From: Lama glama
Taxonomy: Eukaryota
NCBI GenBank assembly: GCA_028534125.1
Contig: CM052816.1
Span: forward strand, 85,562,001-85,626,000
Direction: 5' to 3'
Length of the DNA: 64,000 bases
A program made the translations under genes and the position numbers. Numbering within the stretch: the stretch's first letter is position 1; the number at the start of each line of letters is the position of its first letter. Under the pieces are notes generated by a model that worked only from the letters and a program-made list of their open reading frames with translations, was not told the origin of the DNA and made no database searches. This document shows positions 40,461 through 53,563 of the stretch, piece by piece.

Positions 40461-40899
40461 GATTAAAATGAAAATTAAAACTCTCAGCAGAATCTTAGAA
40501 ACTAAATACTTTAGAATTCCAGAATTTTAGTCTTTACCATTATTTTTTTCACAGTGAAAGAACACTCAGTTACCTGGATAGCTACACTCAAGGATTAAGC
40601 TTTGGGTTAGGGCGGAGACTATGCATCTTGTTTCATATACCTTCTCCATTTCCCAAGTGTGATCAGTCACCAAAGCCCATAAATATCAACCCCACCATAA
40701 TTACTTCCTGGAAAAGGAGGCATCAGCTAAAAACACTTTAGCCTATTCTTTTCATCTGTAGGTTATTTCTAGGGAAAACTCTCTTATGTCCTGTAATCAT
40801 TCATCTACTTTAAATGCAGATTTGATTTTATAAAATTCTGCTTCTGATTTAAAATCTCCCATAAGCTTTGATAACTGAATTCAACTTGACTTGTGTCAT

Positions 40900-41224
40900 T
40901 ATTCAAAATAGAAAAAAAATGTGGTCCCAGAGACAGACACACAAAGGGAGACAAGTTGAAGAGAATCAGGGAGAATACCATGTAAGGTGAAAGTTTGGAG
41001 TGATATATCTACAAGCCAAGGAAAACAAAATGCTGTTGGAAAACCACCAGAAGCTAATGGAAAGGCAGGGAACACATTCTCCCTCAAAGACCTCAGAAGA
41101 ATCAAAAGTTTGCCAAAATTTGATTTCAGAATTCTAGCCTCCAGATATGTAAGATAATAATGTTCTATATTTGAGCCATCCAAATTTTGGTACTTTGTTA
41201 TATCAATGCTGAGAAATTAGATAG

Positions 41225-41225
<1 letters not shown>
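40900..41225 (+). mobile_element. MaLR LTR (MLT1B/C/D-like), 5' part eroded
   Basis: 'ggagtgatatatctacaagccaagga', 'ccaccagaagct', 'attctccctcaaagacctcagaa', 'tgatttcagaattctagcctccaga' and 'tggtactttgttat'. Confidence 0.88.

Positions 41226-41226
<1 letters not shown>

Positions 41227-41270
<44 letters not shown>
41227..41270. repeat. Pure (TC)n microsatellite (about 22 units)
   Basis: Direct read. Confidence 0.98.
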
Positions 41271-41273
<3 letters not shown>

Positions 41274-44200
41274 CTTATCTCTCTGTCATCTATTATCTCA
41301 GTTGTGTTCCTGCATTACAAATATATTGCCTTGTTTTGATCAAAAAGTAAGGAGACAACATAAGTTGCTTGTAGCTATACCTGCTGTTATACCTGCTACA
41401 TGTAAATTATCTCATAGACACATTTAATTTTCAGCAATAAGTCCTCATGTCCAGGTTACTAAAGAGCCCATCAAGTTGGCTATATATTTGAGTTTCTAAC
41501 TGTATGGCTCTTGTTTAACTTGTTGTTATCCCAAACAACATTCTCTTGGATTGTGCAGGTACATATGGGTTTTCAACCTCAATCCAAGCTGTTTTAGAGC
41601 CAGACTTCACTGCCTGTTCTTTGTGTGAGAAATGAGATGTCAGCTAATACTCTCCCTGATGTCAAAATAATTTTATTTTGGGGAATTACATATCCTTTTT
41701 TGTCCCTGAGTCTTGATCAGAGCAATCCTGCTCTACATGAACACTTCTTAATAAAAAATTCTGTGGCTTAGAGATTGGTGATCTTAGTTCTTATTTCTTA
41801 ATGAATTTAATATGTAGATTGTTCCACCTATCCCTTAGTGATTTGCACTAGATAAGAAATTTCCTGGCAATGTTTGGTAGATAACACGAAGAATATATAT
41901 CTTGTTACCTTCATATTCTAAGAAAATGAGCATCTACTCATATGTCATTTATTTAACTAAAGTAACTATATAGATGTGTACACATACACAAGGGCACATA
42001 CACACATATGTACACAAACATGAGCCCAAACATTTGATTTTGAAAAGAAGATAATATGATGTTTATAAAAATAATATGATCTAATTTGATGATATTTGTG
42101 GAGGTAATCATGAAGTCAAATTTTTTTTTCCAAAATGTAAGTTCTAATAGACAACATTTTCTCAAATCAAGTCATTCACTCCCCAATAAACTCCTAGGCA
42201 ACATTCATTTTGCTCAGTGTAACCATTTTGAAAAAAATATAAGTTAATGCTGACAGCATTAATTGAACAGAGCAATTTTACTCTTGGAATAAAAAATGGG
42301 TAACATGAATCTACTTTGCTTAATAAATTTGTGTTGGCTTGCTGATTGTTTTTATCCCTCTCACAGTCGTGTAGACATTTGGCACTGGCAAAAAACATTC
42401 ATAAATCTTCCAAGTTAGAAACCAGAAAAATTACATCTAGATTAAGAATGTTAATATTGCTAGAAAAATTAATGTAACATAATGAATGATCAAAAATATA
42501 TATTTTCAAAGTGGAAATGCTGCCATTTCAAATATTTTCACTATTTCCATGTAGCAATTAAGCAAACAGAAATAATTTGCCTGATAAAGTATAGATTTCT
42601 CCCACCTTTAAGTTCAACATGTCCAATTACAAATTGTAGTAGAGTGTTGAATAAGAATATAAAAGTGGAATACTATAGCCTTCTTCATTTAAATTATCAC
42701 AATTCAATTTTTTTCTAAAAGCTCAAATTTATTCTGCCAATCTATTTCCTACTACTTGTAGACAGGCCTGCTCGTTTTCTTTTCATGAAATGGAAAATTT
42801 GTAAATATCTCAATTGATGAGTATTAATGGACAAATATTATTCCAGTTTTACTGAGAAATAATTCACATACATCACTATGTAATTTTAAGATATTTAGCA
42901 TGATGGTCTGACTTATTTATATTGTGACTGATTACCACAGTAAATTCAACTAACATTCATCTTCGCATACAGATACAATAAAAAGAAAAGAAAGAGAAAA
43001 AGAAAAAAAGAAAAAAATGTTTTCCTTGTGATGAAAACTCTTAGGATTTATTCTCTTAACAACTTTCCTATATATCACACAGCATGTTAGCTATAGTCAT
43101 CATGCTGTACATTATATCCCTAGTAGTACTTATTTATCTTGTAAATGGAAGTTTGTACCTTTGAACACCTTCTTCCAACTTCCTCTCTCCCCACTCTCTG
43201 CTTCTAGTAACTGCAAGTCTGAGTCTCATTTCTTTTCCTGTGAGTTTCTTTGCTTTTGTTTTTGCTTGTTTAGATTCCACATACAAGGAATAAATGAGAT
43301 CATGCAGTATTTGTCTTTCTCTGTCTGACATTTCACTTAGCATAATGCCTTCAAGGTCCCTCCATGCTGTTGCAAATAGTAGGGTTTTCTCATTTTTTAT
43401 GGCTGAATATATACTACAACTTCTTTACCCATTTATTCATCAAAGGATGCTTAGGCGGTTTTCATGTCTTGTCTATTGTAAATAATGCTGCAATGAACAT
43501 GCAGGTGCAGATATATTTTCCAGATTTTTCAGTTAGTATTTTTGTTTCCTTTGAATATATGTCCACAATTGGAATAACTGAAAAATGTCATAGTTTTAAT
43601 TTTTGAGGATCCTTCAAATTGTTTTCCAAAATGGCTGCACCAAAGTACAATCTGACCAATGGTGCACAAGAGTTCCCTGTAGTTTGCGTACATACCAGAA
43701 TTTGTTATCTCTTGTCTTTTTGATGGCCATTCTGACATGAGGTGACATCTCATTTTAGTTTTCATTTGCATTTCCCTCTGACTAGTGATATTGAGCATCA
43801 TTTCATGTATCTGTTGGCCTTTACACATCTTCCTTAGAGAAATGTCTATTCAGGTTCTTTCTCATTTTTTATTGAGTTATTTGCTGTTTTGCTATTGGGT
43901 TGTATGAATTCTTTATATATTTTGGACTTTAACCCTTTATAAGATATATGGTTTGCAAATATTTTTCCCATTCTATAGGTTTTCTTTGCACTTTGTTGGT
44001 GGTTTCTTTTGCTGTGCAGTATCATTTTAATTTGATCTAGTCCCATTTGTTCATTTCTTACTCTGTCATTTTTGCTTTAGGTGCCATACCCAAAAAATCA
44101 TTACCAAGATCCATGTCAAGGAGCTTTATTCTTATGTTTTTGTCTAGGAGTTTCATGGTTTCAGATTTTACTTTTAAATCATTAGTTCATTTTAAGTTAA

Positions 44201-44630
44201 TTTTTGTGAGTGATATAGAACATGGGTCATGGGTCCAGTTTCATTCTACAAGAATTTATCACACTACCATTTAATGAAAAGACTGTCCTTTCTCCATTGG
44301 GTATTCTTGGATCTCTTATCAAATATTAGGTGGTTATATATGACTTAGTTTATTTCTGGGCTCTCAATTCTGTTCCGTCAGTCTATTTATCTATTTTTTA
44401 AAGAAGTACCAAATTGTTTTGATGACTATAGCTTAATAGTTTGAAATCAGGAGATGTCATGCCTCTTGCTTTGTTTTCTTTTTTGAGGATTTATTTGGCT
44501 ATTGGTCTTTTGAGATAACAAAAATTTTATGAATGTTGTTTCTTCTGTTAAAAAAAAGGTTGTTGGAATCTTGGTAGGGATTGCACTAAATCTATACATA
44601 GCTTTTGATATCGTTGACATTTTAAACAAA

Positions 44631-44753
44631 TTTATTTATTTAATTTAATTTATTTTTTGGGGGGGAGGGAGGTATTTAGGTTTATTTATTTACTTATTTT
44701 TAGAGGAGGTACTGGAGATTGAACCCAGGATGTCGTGTATACTGTGCACCCAC
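44631..44753 (-). mobile_element. 5'-truncated tRNA-derived SINE (camelid vic-1/Vicugna type)
   Basis: Minus strand reads '...cacgacatcctgggttcaatctccagtacctcctctaaaaataagtaaataaataaacctaaatacctccctccccccc aaaaaataaattaaattaaataaataaa'. B-box-like GGTTCAATCTCC is present, the A-box region is absent, and the tail is A-rich. Confidence 0.87.
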
Positions 44754-46167
44754 AGTCTTGTGACGTTCCCTTGTATGTATCTTCTCTCATTTCTCTTACA
44801 ACTTTTAAAATTCTTCTTTTTGTCCTTGACTTTTGACACTTTAATTACATTGTGTCTTAGTGTAGCCCTAACTAGTTCAATTTATTTGGGATCCTTTGGG
44901 CCTCATGGATCTGGATGTCCATTTCTTTCCCCTGGTTTGAATAGCTGTTTGCCATTGTGGCTTTAAATATACTTTCTGTCCCTTTATCTTTCTCTTCTTC
45001 TGGAATTCCCATAATGCAAATATTGTTTCTTTTTATTGTCCTATAATTCCCATAGGCTTTCTTGACTCTTTTCATTCTTTTTGCTCCTCTCACTAGATAA
45101 CTTCAAATGTCTTACCTTCCAGGTCACTGGTTCTTCCACATGATCAAGAGAACTTTTGAAACTCTTCACTGAATTCTTCAGTTCAGTTATTATATTTTTC
45201 AACTCTAGGATTTGTTTTTCTTTTTGATGGTTGCTATTTCTTTGTCAAATTTCTTGATTTGGTCATGCATTATTTACCTAATTTCATTTAGTTGTCTGTT
45301 TGCACATTCTTGTGTTTCACTGAACTCCCTCGAGAGAATTATTCTGAATTCTTGGTTTGCCAGCTTAGAGAGCTTCATTTCTTTAGGGTCATTTATCAGA
45401 ACTTTATTGGTTTTCTTCGATGCTATCATATTTATCTGATTTTTCATGACCCTTGATTCCTGACATTGGTATCTGCACATCTTTTCCAGAGTTATAGGCT
45501 TGCTTTGGCTGAGACAGTTCTTCACCAGTTAGATCAGTTCAGATTTTTGGTACGTCTGCTGATAATACCCTTGGGCAGGTGGGCTCTGCTGTTATGGTCT
45601 ATTTTTGAGTAAGGCTCTGAGGACAGGATGGGGGTGTGTCACTTACTGAGAACAGTTGGTTAGGGTTGCTAGCTTGTTTCCTTACCAAAGTGAGACTTTA
45701 AGATAGGCTCCGTGGTTGCCTGGATATTCTGGTCAGGCTCACTAGATGGCTGGGACTGGGTACTACATTCGCTAGTACATGGGCTATGAATTAGCTTCTC
45801 CACCTGAAAGGACAGCACGACAGGACTCAGAGCTGTACAGTTCATTGTTTTGAGACCTGAGTCAGGCTAGAATGTGCACTGAATTCCCTGGTTAGGTGAG
45901 CACTGGTTTGTGATGCAGAGGGAGGATGCTGTGCTCTTTGTTCAAATGCCTTTGCATGTAGAGCTGTTGAATGGGCTGTGCAGCTTCTTGAGCACTTTGG
46001 TTATATTCCCTGGTTGGACAGTTTGAAGACAGTATTCTGAGTTAAATAGGGCCATGGATTAGATTCTCTGCCTAGGCATAGCAGAAGTAGCTCTAAAGCA
46101 GGTAAAGCTCTTGGTGTGGTCTTAACTCAAGCCAACCCATACCTCAGTTTCTTTGCAGAACAGGGCC

Positions 46168-46648
46168 ACTGGCTTTGCTCTGAAAACTATCTACTCTGCT
46201 TGCCTACCTCCTGGCTTAAGTGCCACTGGGCTTCACAGATTCCAAGAGATGTTGCCAGTCCTTCTAGCAAAAGTTGGGGTTGAAAGACACTCTACACAGT
46301 GGGTAGGTCTACATCACAGCTCCCTTGCCTGGGCAGGAGGGAGAGGGGCCACTCCAGGATGTTCTCAGTTTGCCAAATAGGTTTTCAGATTGTAATGGGC
46401 CAGGAGCTATCCTCAGCCTTGGCTATAAATTTATCTTCTTGTCTGTGTGTAGCATGGGAACACTCCCATGTTCTGGGAGTACTGGCTTTGCTCTGAGGGT
46501 GATCAGCTCTGCCTGCTTGCCTTTCAGCTTGAGCTCTGTGGGCTACACTGCTTCCAGGAATTGTTGCCAGCCCTTCTGGTCAAACAGGGCTGGAAGACAC
46601 TCTCCACAGCTGGTGGGACTGTGATTCAGCTCCTTGCCTGGGCATGGG
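46168..46648. repeat. Diverged direct-repeat monomers in the L1 5'UTR (about 310-bp period)
   Basis: 'actggctttgctctg...gttgccagtccttct...aagacactct...cagctcccttgcctgggca' at ~46168-46335 recurs at ~46481-46645. Confidence 0.85.
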
Positions 46649-47739
46649 CAAACCAGAGCTGGCAAAATTCCTTATCTGAGGATTTGAACCAGGCACACGT
46701 ACATCCTGCTGAGTTCCTGGCCAGAGTATGCTTTTGGTATGATTCTGCAGATGAGCAAAGCCACTGGTTGGGATTACTACTTGGGCATTGCTAGTGTGAA
46801 CTTGATTTGGCAAGATCCATTTGCTGGTCCTTGCAGGTCCCTTCTTCACTTTTCCATCACAGTCAGATTCCTAGTGGTTGAGCCCCTGCAGATTCTCCTG
46901 CCATTCCTTGCACCTAGTGGTGCAAGATCACAGTAGCGACTCCCACAAAGTGACCAACAATGCTGAGGGGAGCTGGTTGTCTCCCCTGGGTTCTCTTTTA
47001 CCACTGGAGGAAAGAGAGGTTTGGGGAGACCTCTCTGAGTGGTGATGTGCCAGCCTGGGGGAGGAGCACTGTGATCAGCATGTAGCTGCTTCTCTTACCC
47101 TTCTCATGCGATCTGTCTTGGCCTCTGTTGTGCATGGGAGGGCTTCAGCCTCATGCTTGTGTTCTTCCGGTGGTTTCTCTCAGTGGTGCCCTGTTTTTGA
47201 ATGGTTATTAGTTGCTATTTTTGTGTGGGGGAGGTGCTTTCAAGAACATTCTATCACCATCTTGGTGAGGAAATGCCTAATGGGCGAATTTTAATTGGTG
47301 AATGTCAGAATAAAGAGTGACAGTCAAAAGAAATGTATTATGTGAGCCTTTGTCATTCTTCATATTGCTATTATTTTTAATTTTATTTTTAAGCACTCCT
47401 TTAAGGATATATGACACTCCTAATATTTTTACAGATAAAATAAGACCAGTGAGTTCTGTATATCAAAGGTGCTTTCATATTTTCATGTATGTGCTTAATA
47501 CTTAGATGGTGTCCAAATAAGCATTCAGTATCATTGTAATGTTTTTCTTGTTCTCTTTTGAATTTCGCATTTATCATGTGTAGGCCTATTTTGGTCTACT
47601 TGCTTTACCACATATATTCCATTACGATGCCACAAAATTTTTTTCTGTAAGCATATGGTTCATAAAACAATAAGAAAGGTTGATTGTTCTGAGAAGTACA
47701 AAGTGTAATTTTTATAATTGTTACCTGTCTTTTTTGTTT

Positions 47740-48028
47740 TCATTTTTGTCATTTGGACAGATGATGAAAGATTATGAAGCCAAAAATGTGCAAAAAAAAA
47801 AGGATTATAGAGTTTTGTCAGAGTTGCATAATAGTTCTAAATCTGTTATGTTTTTGCATTTTTTGTATATGCCAATTGCCAACTTTTAAAATCTTGTAAT
47901 TAGAATTCTCATTGTGTGAAGGTGTTACTTATTACCTAATTTTATATTTGTGTGTTGTAACACTTCTCTTATAGTGGTCCCCACAAGTTGTCTAACTGTC
48001 AGGCCCTGCAATACTGAATTTCTGACTG
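47740..48028 (+). mobile_element. hAT-Tip100 (Zaphod/MER115-like) 3' end
   Basis: 'gatgatgaaagattatgaagccaaaaatg' resembles a hAT transposase C-terminus. The terminus 'cttatagtggtccccacaagttgtctaactgtcaggccctgcaatactgaatttctgactg' resembles my recollection of the Zaphod end. Confidence 0.55.
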
Positions 48029-51000
48029 TTTTGGACACTGTCTAATATGTGACCTCATGGAGGACTGTGTGGTCTTTATATACTTCAGTCTGAAGGTCCC
48101 ATGACCAAGTCTCCCACTATATGACCAAACCTAGACTATTTTTCACTTCAACTCCTGTCTCTACTACTTGATCAGAGTTTTATTTTTTTCTTACAATTAT
48201 TTCATCCGTGGAAAAGTTCTCTGAGATGAGGATGCTAAGGAGCCAATGTGCTTTTTTACATATGACTGAGTTTTTCATCTATGTTCAAAGTCTGTGCTCA
48301 TGGCAAGAAGTTTGTCCTATATCAATTTCAAAATACATCAAAAAGCACTACTGGAGGGCTGTATAAATTCCTCCACCTCCTGTCAAGAGGGTTAAAATAT
48401 TATTTAAGAATATTTAATAACAGGGAATCAAACTATTGCAAATTCTTTCTGTTGATTTATTTCAAACCTACATGACAATTTTATGTTTAAGTTGAACAAT
48501 GACAATACAAAATTGTGTGTGGTTTTGTATTTCTCTGAGAAGATTTTTAATGAAGATGAAATTCTAAAGGCTTTATGTATATTTTGATGCTATTTTGCTA
48601 ATGGAAAAAACTTTCATGAGCTTTTAGACTAACATTTTCTGGTTTGCTTAGCTGACATCCTGATTTTTTGCCATTATTTGATATCACTTAAGTCTCTGGT
48701 TTCAGTAGTTTTTGGTCACTTCTGCAGCAACCATAATAAATATGTATTCATCACTCTGAGATGAAGCTATCAAGTTACTTTCTTTCTAAGAAAAGAGTTA
48801 ATATTATGATAACAAGGTATGAATTCTTTTTAGACTAACAACTCAGGTCAATGAAAGAAATGCAGTTTTTTTAGGGATTTCCCGTAAGTCACCAGTGTTT
48901 TCTTTTCTCCCCCTCAGTATTTTATCTTGCCTCTTGTGCACAATGACTTCTGAGGGTTATCAGAGTTTGGTATCTAAGTGTAAACTATCCATACTGTGCT
49001 GTTAAAATGACTGACAAGTTTCCTTCTGACCTGACATCCTGAATAAAGCTATGTATACACTTAGCTGGGAAACGGTGGCTCCCTGACAGATTGACCCAAG
49101 TTTGAAGATTTCTTTCACTATGACAATACTTTGACTTAAGATGGTTTATAATTTAGATTAAAAATGTTCATGGAAACAGGAATCTGTCATCCTCAAGTCT
49201 GTATTTTATGGTTTTAAGACACAATCTCAAGTTTCCCAACCTGGATTATTTGCAATACACCCAGCTACTCACTTTGAAACAGACGAAGCATGCCACCATT
49301 GGGGGGATTCTGTGTTTATCATTTTATTCTAGACCACCTACCCAGAAATGTTGTATGCTACCTTGATCCCTAAATCCTAATTCACAATATGGCTGAATAT
49401 TGGAAGTGCCGTTACCCAATATGCTGGCCAATGGAATCTGGAAGTAGTAGAATAAGAAAACTTAATTACAGCAGTATTTCCAAGGGCTCCTGAGATAACT
49501 GATGAAGAAGTAAAGTGGCAGACACAGGGAGATAACTCAAATTGCCCAGAAAGCTGCCCTGAACAGGTGAATGTCTTTACTCTGGCCTGCCACAAAATCC
49601 CACTTAAATCACTGAATAAATCTTGCAGAACTTCCAAAGAAAATGTGCTGTTTATGCTGGCCAACTTAAGTTGTAATAAAGGAACATCCTTCCACAGTCC
49701 TAGCATGCTCCCCTCATGCTGATGGATATAAGAAATCTACATGATAAACTGTGTCATATCCACCATGCTGTTTCATTCTCCACTCCATATTTGTTCTTAG
49801 CATGTGTTAAACTATGGTTGAACTTTAGAAATCCAAATACTCTGATTGGTCTCTCGTATTTAAAAAACTAAGGAAAAAAAAAAACACACATTGATCAAGC
49901 TCTTCCAAGTTATCTTTACTTGCCCACAAATCACCATTCTCAAAGTAATGGCAAAATGAACATAGTGAAAGGGTACTGGTGATATGCTTATATGACATCA
50001 TCTCTACTTCAGAGGTTGCATAAAATAACTCATAGAACTCCTCCATGCATACCACTCCATTCCACACAACTAAAACTTGACTCTGATTCTCTGTATTTCT
50101 TGCCATTGCTAATGCTTCCCTTGATCAGGTAGTGTTTGAATTATGTTTATGCCCCTCAGTAGTAATGTTAGTTCAATTTCTTTTAGACCAACAATTAGTA
50201 AAATTTTACTGTTTGGCACTGGCTTTATATACAGATATAGATATATATATATATGATTATAGATTGGAGATCCCCTAGTTATATATGTATATACATATCA
50301 TATGTGATTTTACATCATAATACTTATATAAAAAGCTGAGGCCAATTAACTGGATGTCAACTAAGTCCAAATGTAATAGACATAATATCTGACATAACAG
50401 AGTCTAATGACAACAGACAAGAAAGCAAATATTTAAATATAATGATTGCAATTATATTTGTTGTGAAATTAGTGATTCAGAAATTTATGGAAATTAACAA
50501 AATATTTGATGAAAAGAAAAAAATGGGAAGGGGATCAGTTTAACACAATTTGTTAAGAAAGATCTCTCTGAAGAGGTGACTCAGTACACATATGCCAGTA
50601 GTAAAATGAAAAATTTATTTTTCTTTTTTGCTTTTATTTGTGGCATCAATCTTGGAAATGAAAACTATAAATGTGTTTATGTGAATTAAATGCTATTTTT
50701 AAAGTTATATTTCTGAAGTCAAATTTTATTCAAAAGTATACTTTTCAAGTTAATAGACTTATGTGTGATTTAAAAAAAAAAAACTATGTCAAAAAACATG
50801 AGTGATTTCTTTCCAGTTAAAATGTTTTGACAGAGACAATTCCTTGAGCAGGAGAAACCTGATTCAGAAATAATTATTATTTCACATATGCTAAAGAAAT
50901 CCCATTGCTCTTGTCATAGTCTAGGAAAGAAGTTGATCAACATTCAAATATGAATGCCTAAAGTACACTACTTGACACATATACCTGTTTCAATGACTTT

Positions 51001-51440
51001 TCCTAAGGTTTGTTATGTCTTTCTATAGCAAAGTAGGTGTTTCTTTTCCCAGTAAATATGGTAGGGTTACCTATTTCACAATCTAAAGATACTCATTTTC
51101 ACTACGTAAACTAAATTTGCATGGAAACAAAAACAAGGAGTTTTCCAAAAAGCTAAAGGATAGAGTCTAGCGCTACTGTAATCAAAGCAGAATCTTTTTA
51201 GATATTGTGGCTAAACTATAATTACACAATTAAAACAGTGGAAATAAATAGAAATGGTAATATTTAATATTATCAAATGCTGTGTTCATTTAGAAGTGCT
51301 CATTATATATGATTTCAAAATTTCCAGTTTTTAGCACTCTAATTTGTTCTAAAGATGATTTTTAAAGACATGTTAGAGTGTTGGAAATGCAATGAAATTG
51401 CTGATTTTGAAGACCATAAAAACATTTTTTTTTTAATGAA

Positions 51441-51566
51441 TAGTTTCTGGAGATGGGTAGTGGTGAGAGTTGCACAACATTGCGAATGTACTTAATGCCA
51501 CTGAATGGTACACCTGAAAATGATTAAAATAATAAATTTTGTTATGTATATTTCAGCACAATAAAA
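51441..51566 (+). mobile_element. L1MB-like 3' terminus
   Basis: 'ttctggagatgggtagtggtgagagttgcacaacattgcgaatgtacttaatgccactgaatggtacac...cacaataaaa'. Confidence 0.9.
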
Positions 51567-51599
51567 CAGCAACATATTACCTACTACGAGAATAAACTA

Positions 51600-51775
51600 A
51601 GCAGCTTAATGGTTAAAATGTGAGCTCTGACACCAAATTAGCAAGGTTTAAATCCCTGATTCACAGTTGATTACTTAGTAAGCTCAGCCAAGTTTCTTAA
51701 TCTTTCTGACATTTTCTTCAACTCTGAAGTGAGCTTTCTGTGAATATCTAACTCAAAGGATAGTTGTGACAATTA
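51600..51775 (+). mobile_element. MIR SINE
   Basis: 'gcttaatggttaaaatgtgagctctg...ggtttaaatccc...ccaagtttcttaatctttctg...atctaactcaaaggatagttgtgacaatt'. Confidence 0.72.
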
Positions 51776-52873
51776 TTTTTTAGTTCATAGTAAGGAGTAT
51801 ATGAGACAATTCAAAATCCCTAAACTTTCAAATCTAATTCCTATAATACAGAATTTGTTAAATACCTCTATGATTTTATAATATGCTCTGTAATTTCTAT
51901 TTTTATTTTCCAGTAATAAAGTAATCATTTCTATGAGAATTAGGAACCACTGTAACATTCCAATGATGGTCTAAATATTACCTACTCCTCACAGAGACCC
52001 ATTACAAAGTCATAAAATTACAAGAGGTTCAAGATTATAGTAAGTCCCTGAGCAATGCTAGCCTTTTATAAGTTTCAAAACTTATAAAAAATACACTGAT
52101 ATGAAATATTCAATATATCTTGGCCTTAGGTACTAGATTAATAATCCAAAAGACTACATATATATAACAATAACTTAAATCCCACAGTTATATTGAGGTG
52201 TACCTATGTATACTTTTGTTCTATGATGTGCCCATAAAAATATGTAAGACCATTGTACTCCATTTACCTTTAATGGTAAAACATTGTAGAAACTCACCAG
52301 AAGACTGTCATCAAAATTATATGCTCTGTAATCTTCTTGTCTACCAATTTGATCATCTGTCTTCTGAAGAATTTCCCAAAAGAAACATGAATACTAAAAA
52401 GCTTTTTGTGCTTTATTGTATTTTGTTTACAATGTTTTGCGAAATAAGGAATATCAATTAGTCAATAACTAAGAACAAAAAAAGTAATGTTTGACAATGC
52501 CACAATTTTGAAAACTGCAAAAAAAGTTATTAACTCATAATATGTATATGTAAAATATAAATTATTAAAAGATATACAATTTCCCCATATTTGGTAGATT
52601 AGAAAGTAAAATAAAATGTAATTTAAATAATAATCACAGCATCAATTTAAATAATGAAAAATAAATACATCAAACTCTTCTGCAAATAGATTTTCAATAT
52701 TGATGCACTATTTCTATGTGAAAATTACTGTTTTTAGTTTTCTCTTATTCTTTTTTTTTTCTTGGTAGATTTTACAAAATTTCCTAAATTAAAAAAATTA
52801 ATCTTTAAATATCTACACTTAGCAAAATAAATTTTAAATAATTATATATATACATTTATATGTTCATGTGTAC

Positions 52874-52912
<39 letters not shown>
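52874..52912. repeat. (TA)n(CA)n microsatellite
   Basis: Direct read. Confidence 0.96.
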
Positions 52913-52919
<7 letters not shown>

Positions 52920-52924
52920 TCATA

Positions 52925-53563
52925 TAGTCAAATCCCAATATTTGCAGTAGTCATGTTCTACATCAGCACATACACTGATTTAGCAAATTCTGAACCACAA
53001 TTTCTAGGGAAAACATAGGCTTTGAAGCTCTGACCACATTTTTTTCAACTGATCAATATATAAGCTTATTTTACATTTATGTTTAAAGATACCTTATTTA
53101 ATATATATTATTGGTCCATCAACATTTAACTAATAGCCAATGGAACTTTAACTTATGCCTGAATGAAACTTATTTAATACACATATTTCTCAGTAAGGCT
53201 TATCACACCCTTCCTGTGTTTAGGAACACTATACAACACTTCAGAACTATGCATGATGGCCATTTAAACAGTGAAATTACTAATAGCAACAACAACAAAA
53301 ACCAAAAAGATGGAAACAACGTAGCATTACATAGATCATAAAGAGGACACTTGTATGAGATCTAAAACAAGAAGACAGAGCATAACCTCAGCTGTGAACG
53401 CACATGCTTATGGATGACTCAAAGTTTTCACCTCACTGGATATTTCCACAAATGAATGACCATGAAAACACCGTAAATATTGATTTTGGAATTACAAATA
53501 AATAAATTTTGTGGGTAGGAGAAATCACAACTATGGAATCTGCAAAATAATGAGAATCAACTA
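52925..53563. mobile_element. MER82 (TcMar-Tigger) non-autonomous DNA transposon, essentially full length
   Basis: About 640 bp with TA flanks at 52923-52924 and 53564-53565 and degenerate TIRs (tagtcaaatcc...gaatcaacta). Internal 'gtttaaagataccttatttaatatatat' and 'ttaggaacactatacaacacttcag' match the recalled MER82 consensus. Confidence 0.9.

Larger units (their letters stand above)
42841..47277 (-). mobile_element. L1 retaining both ends (about 1.8-kb 5'UTR, ORF1 N-terminal part, ORF2 C-terminal part, 3'UTR) with the centre deleted
   Basis: Minus-strand 5' start 'caccaagatggtga' at ~47255-47268. ORF1 peptides in track ORFs 45274-45525 and 44872-45093 ('IKRNNICIMGIPEEE'). ORF2 peptides in 44447-44629 ('KAMYRFSAIPTKIP') and 43846-44046. 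Degenerate TSD taatggacaaatatta (42825-42840) / taatgggcgaatttta (47278-47293), 13/16 identical. Confidence 0.94.

Noticed and set aside
44700..44753. tRNA gene
   Set aside because: Only a B-box-like arm followed by a SINE body and A-rich tail. No cloverleaf or A-box.
46153..46936. Cluster of overlapping ORFs, possibly an antisense ORF0-like gene
   Set aside because: Expected from the higher GC of the L1 5'UTR. Mostly non-ATG starts and no coherent product.
49377..49730. 109-aa minus ORF and a long mostly open plus frame
   Set aside because: No recognisable homology, and the plus frame has an internal stop.
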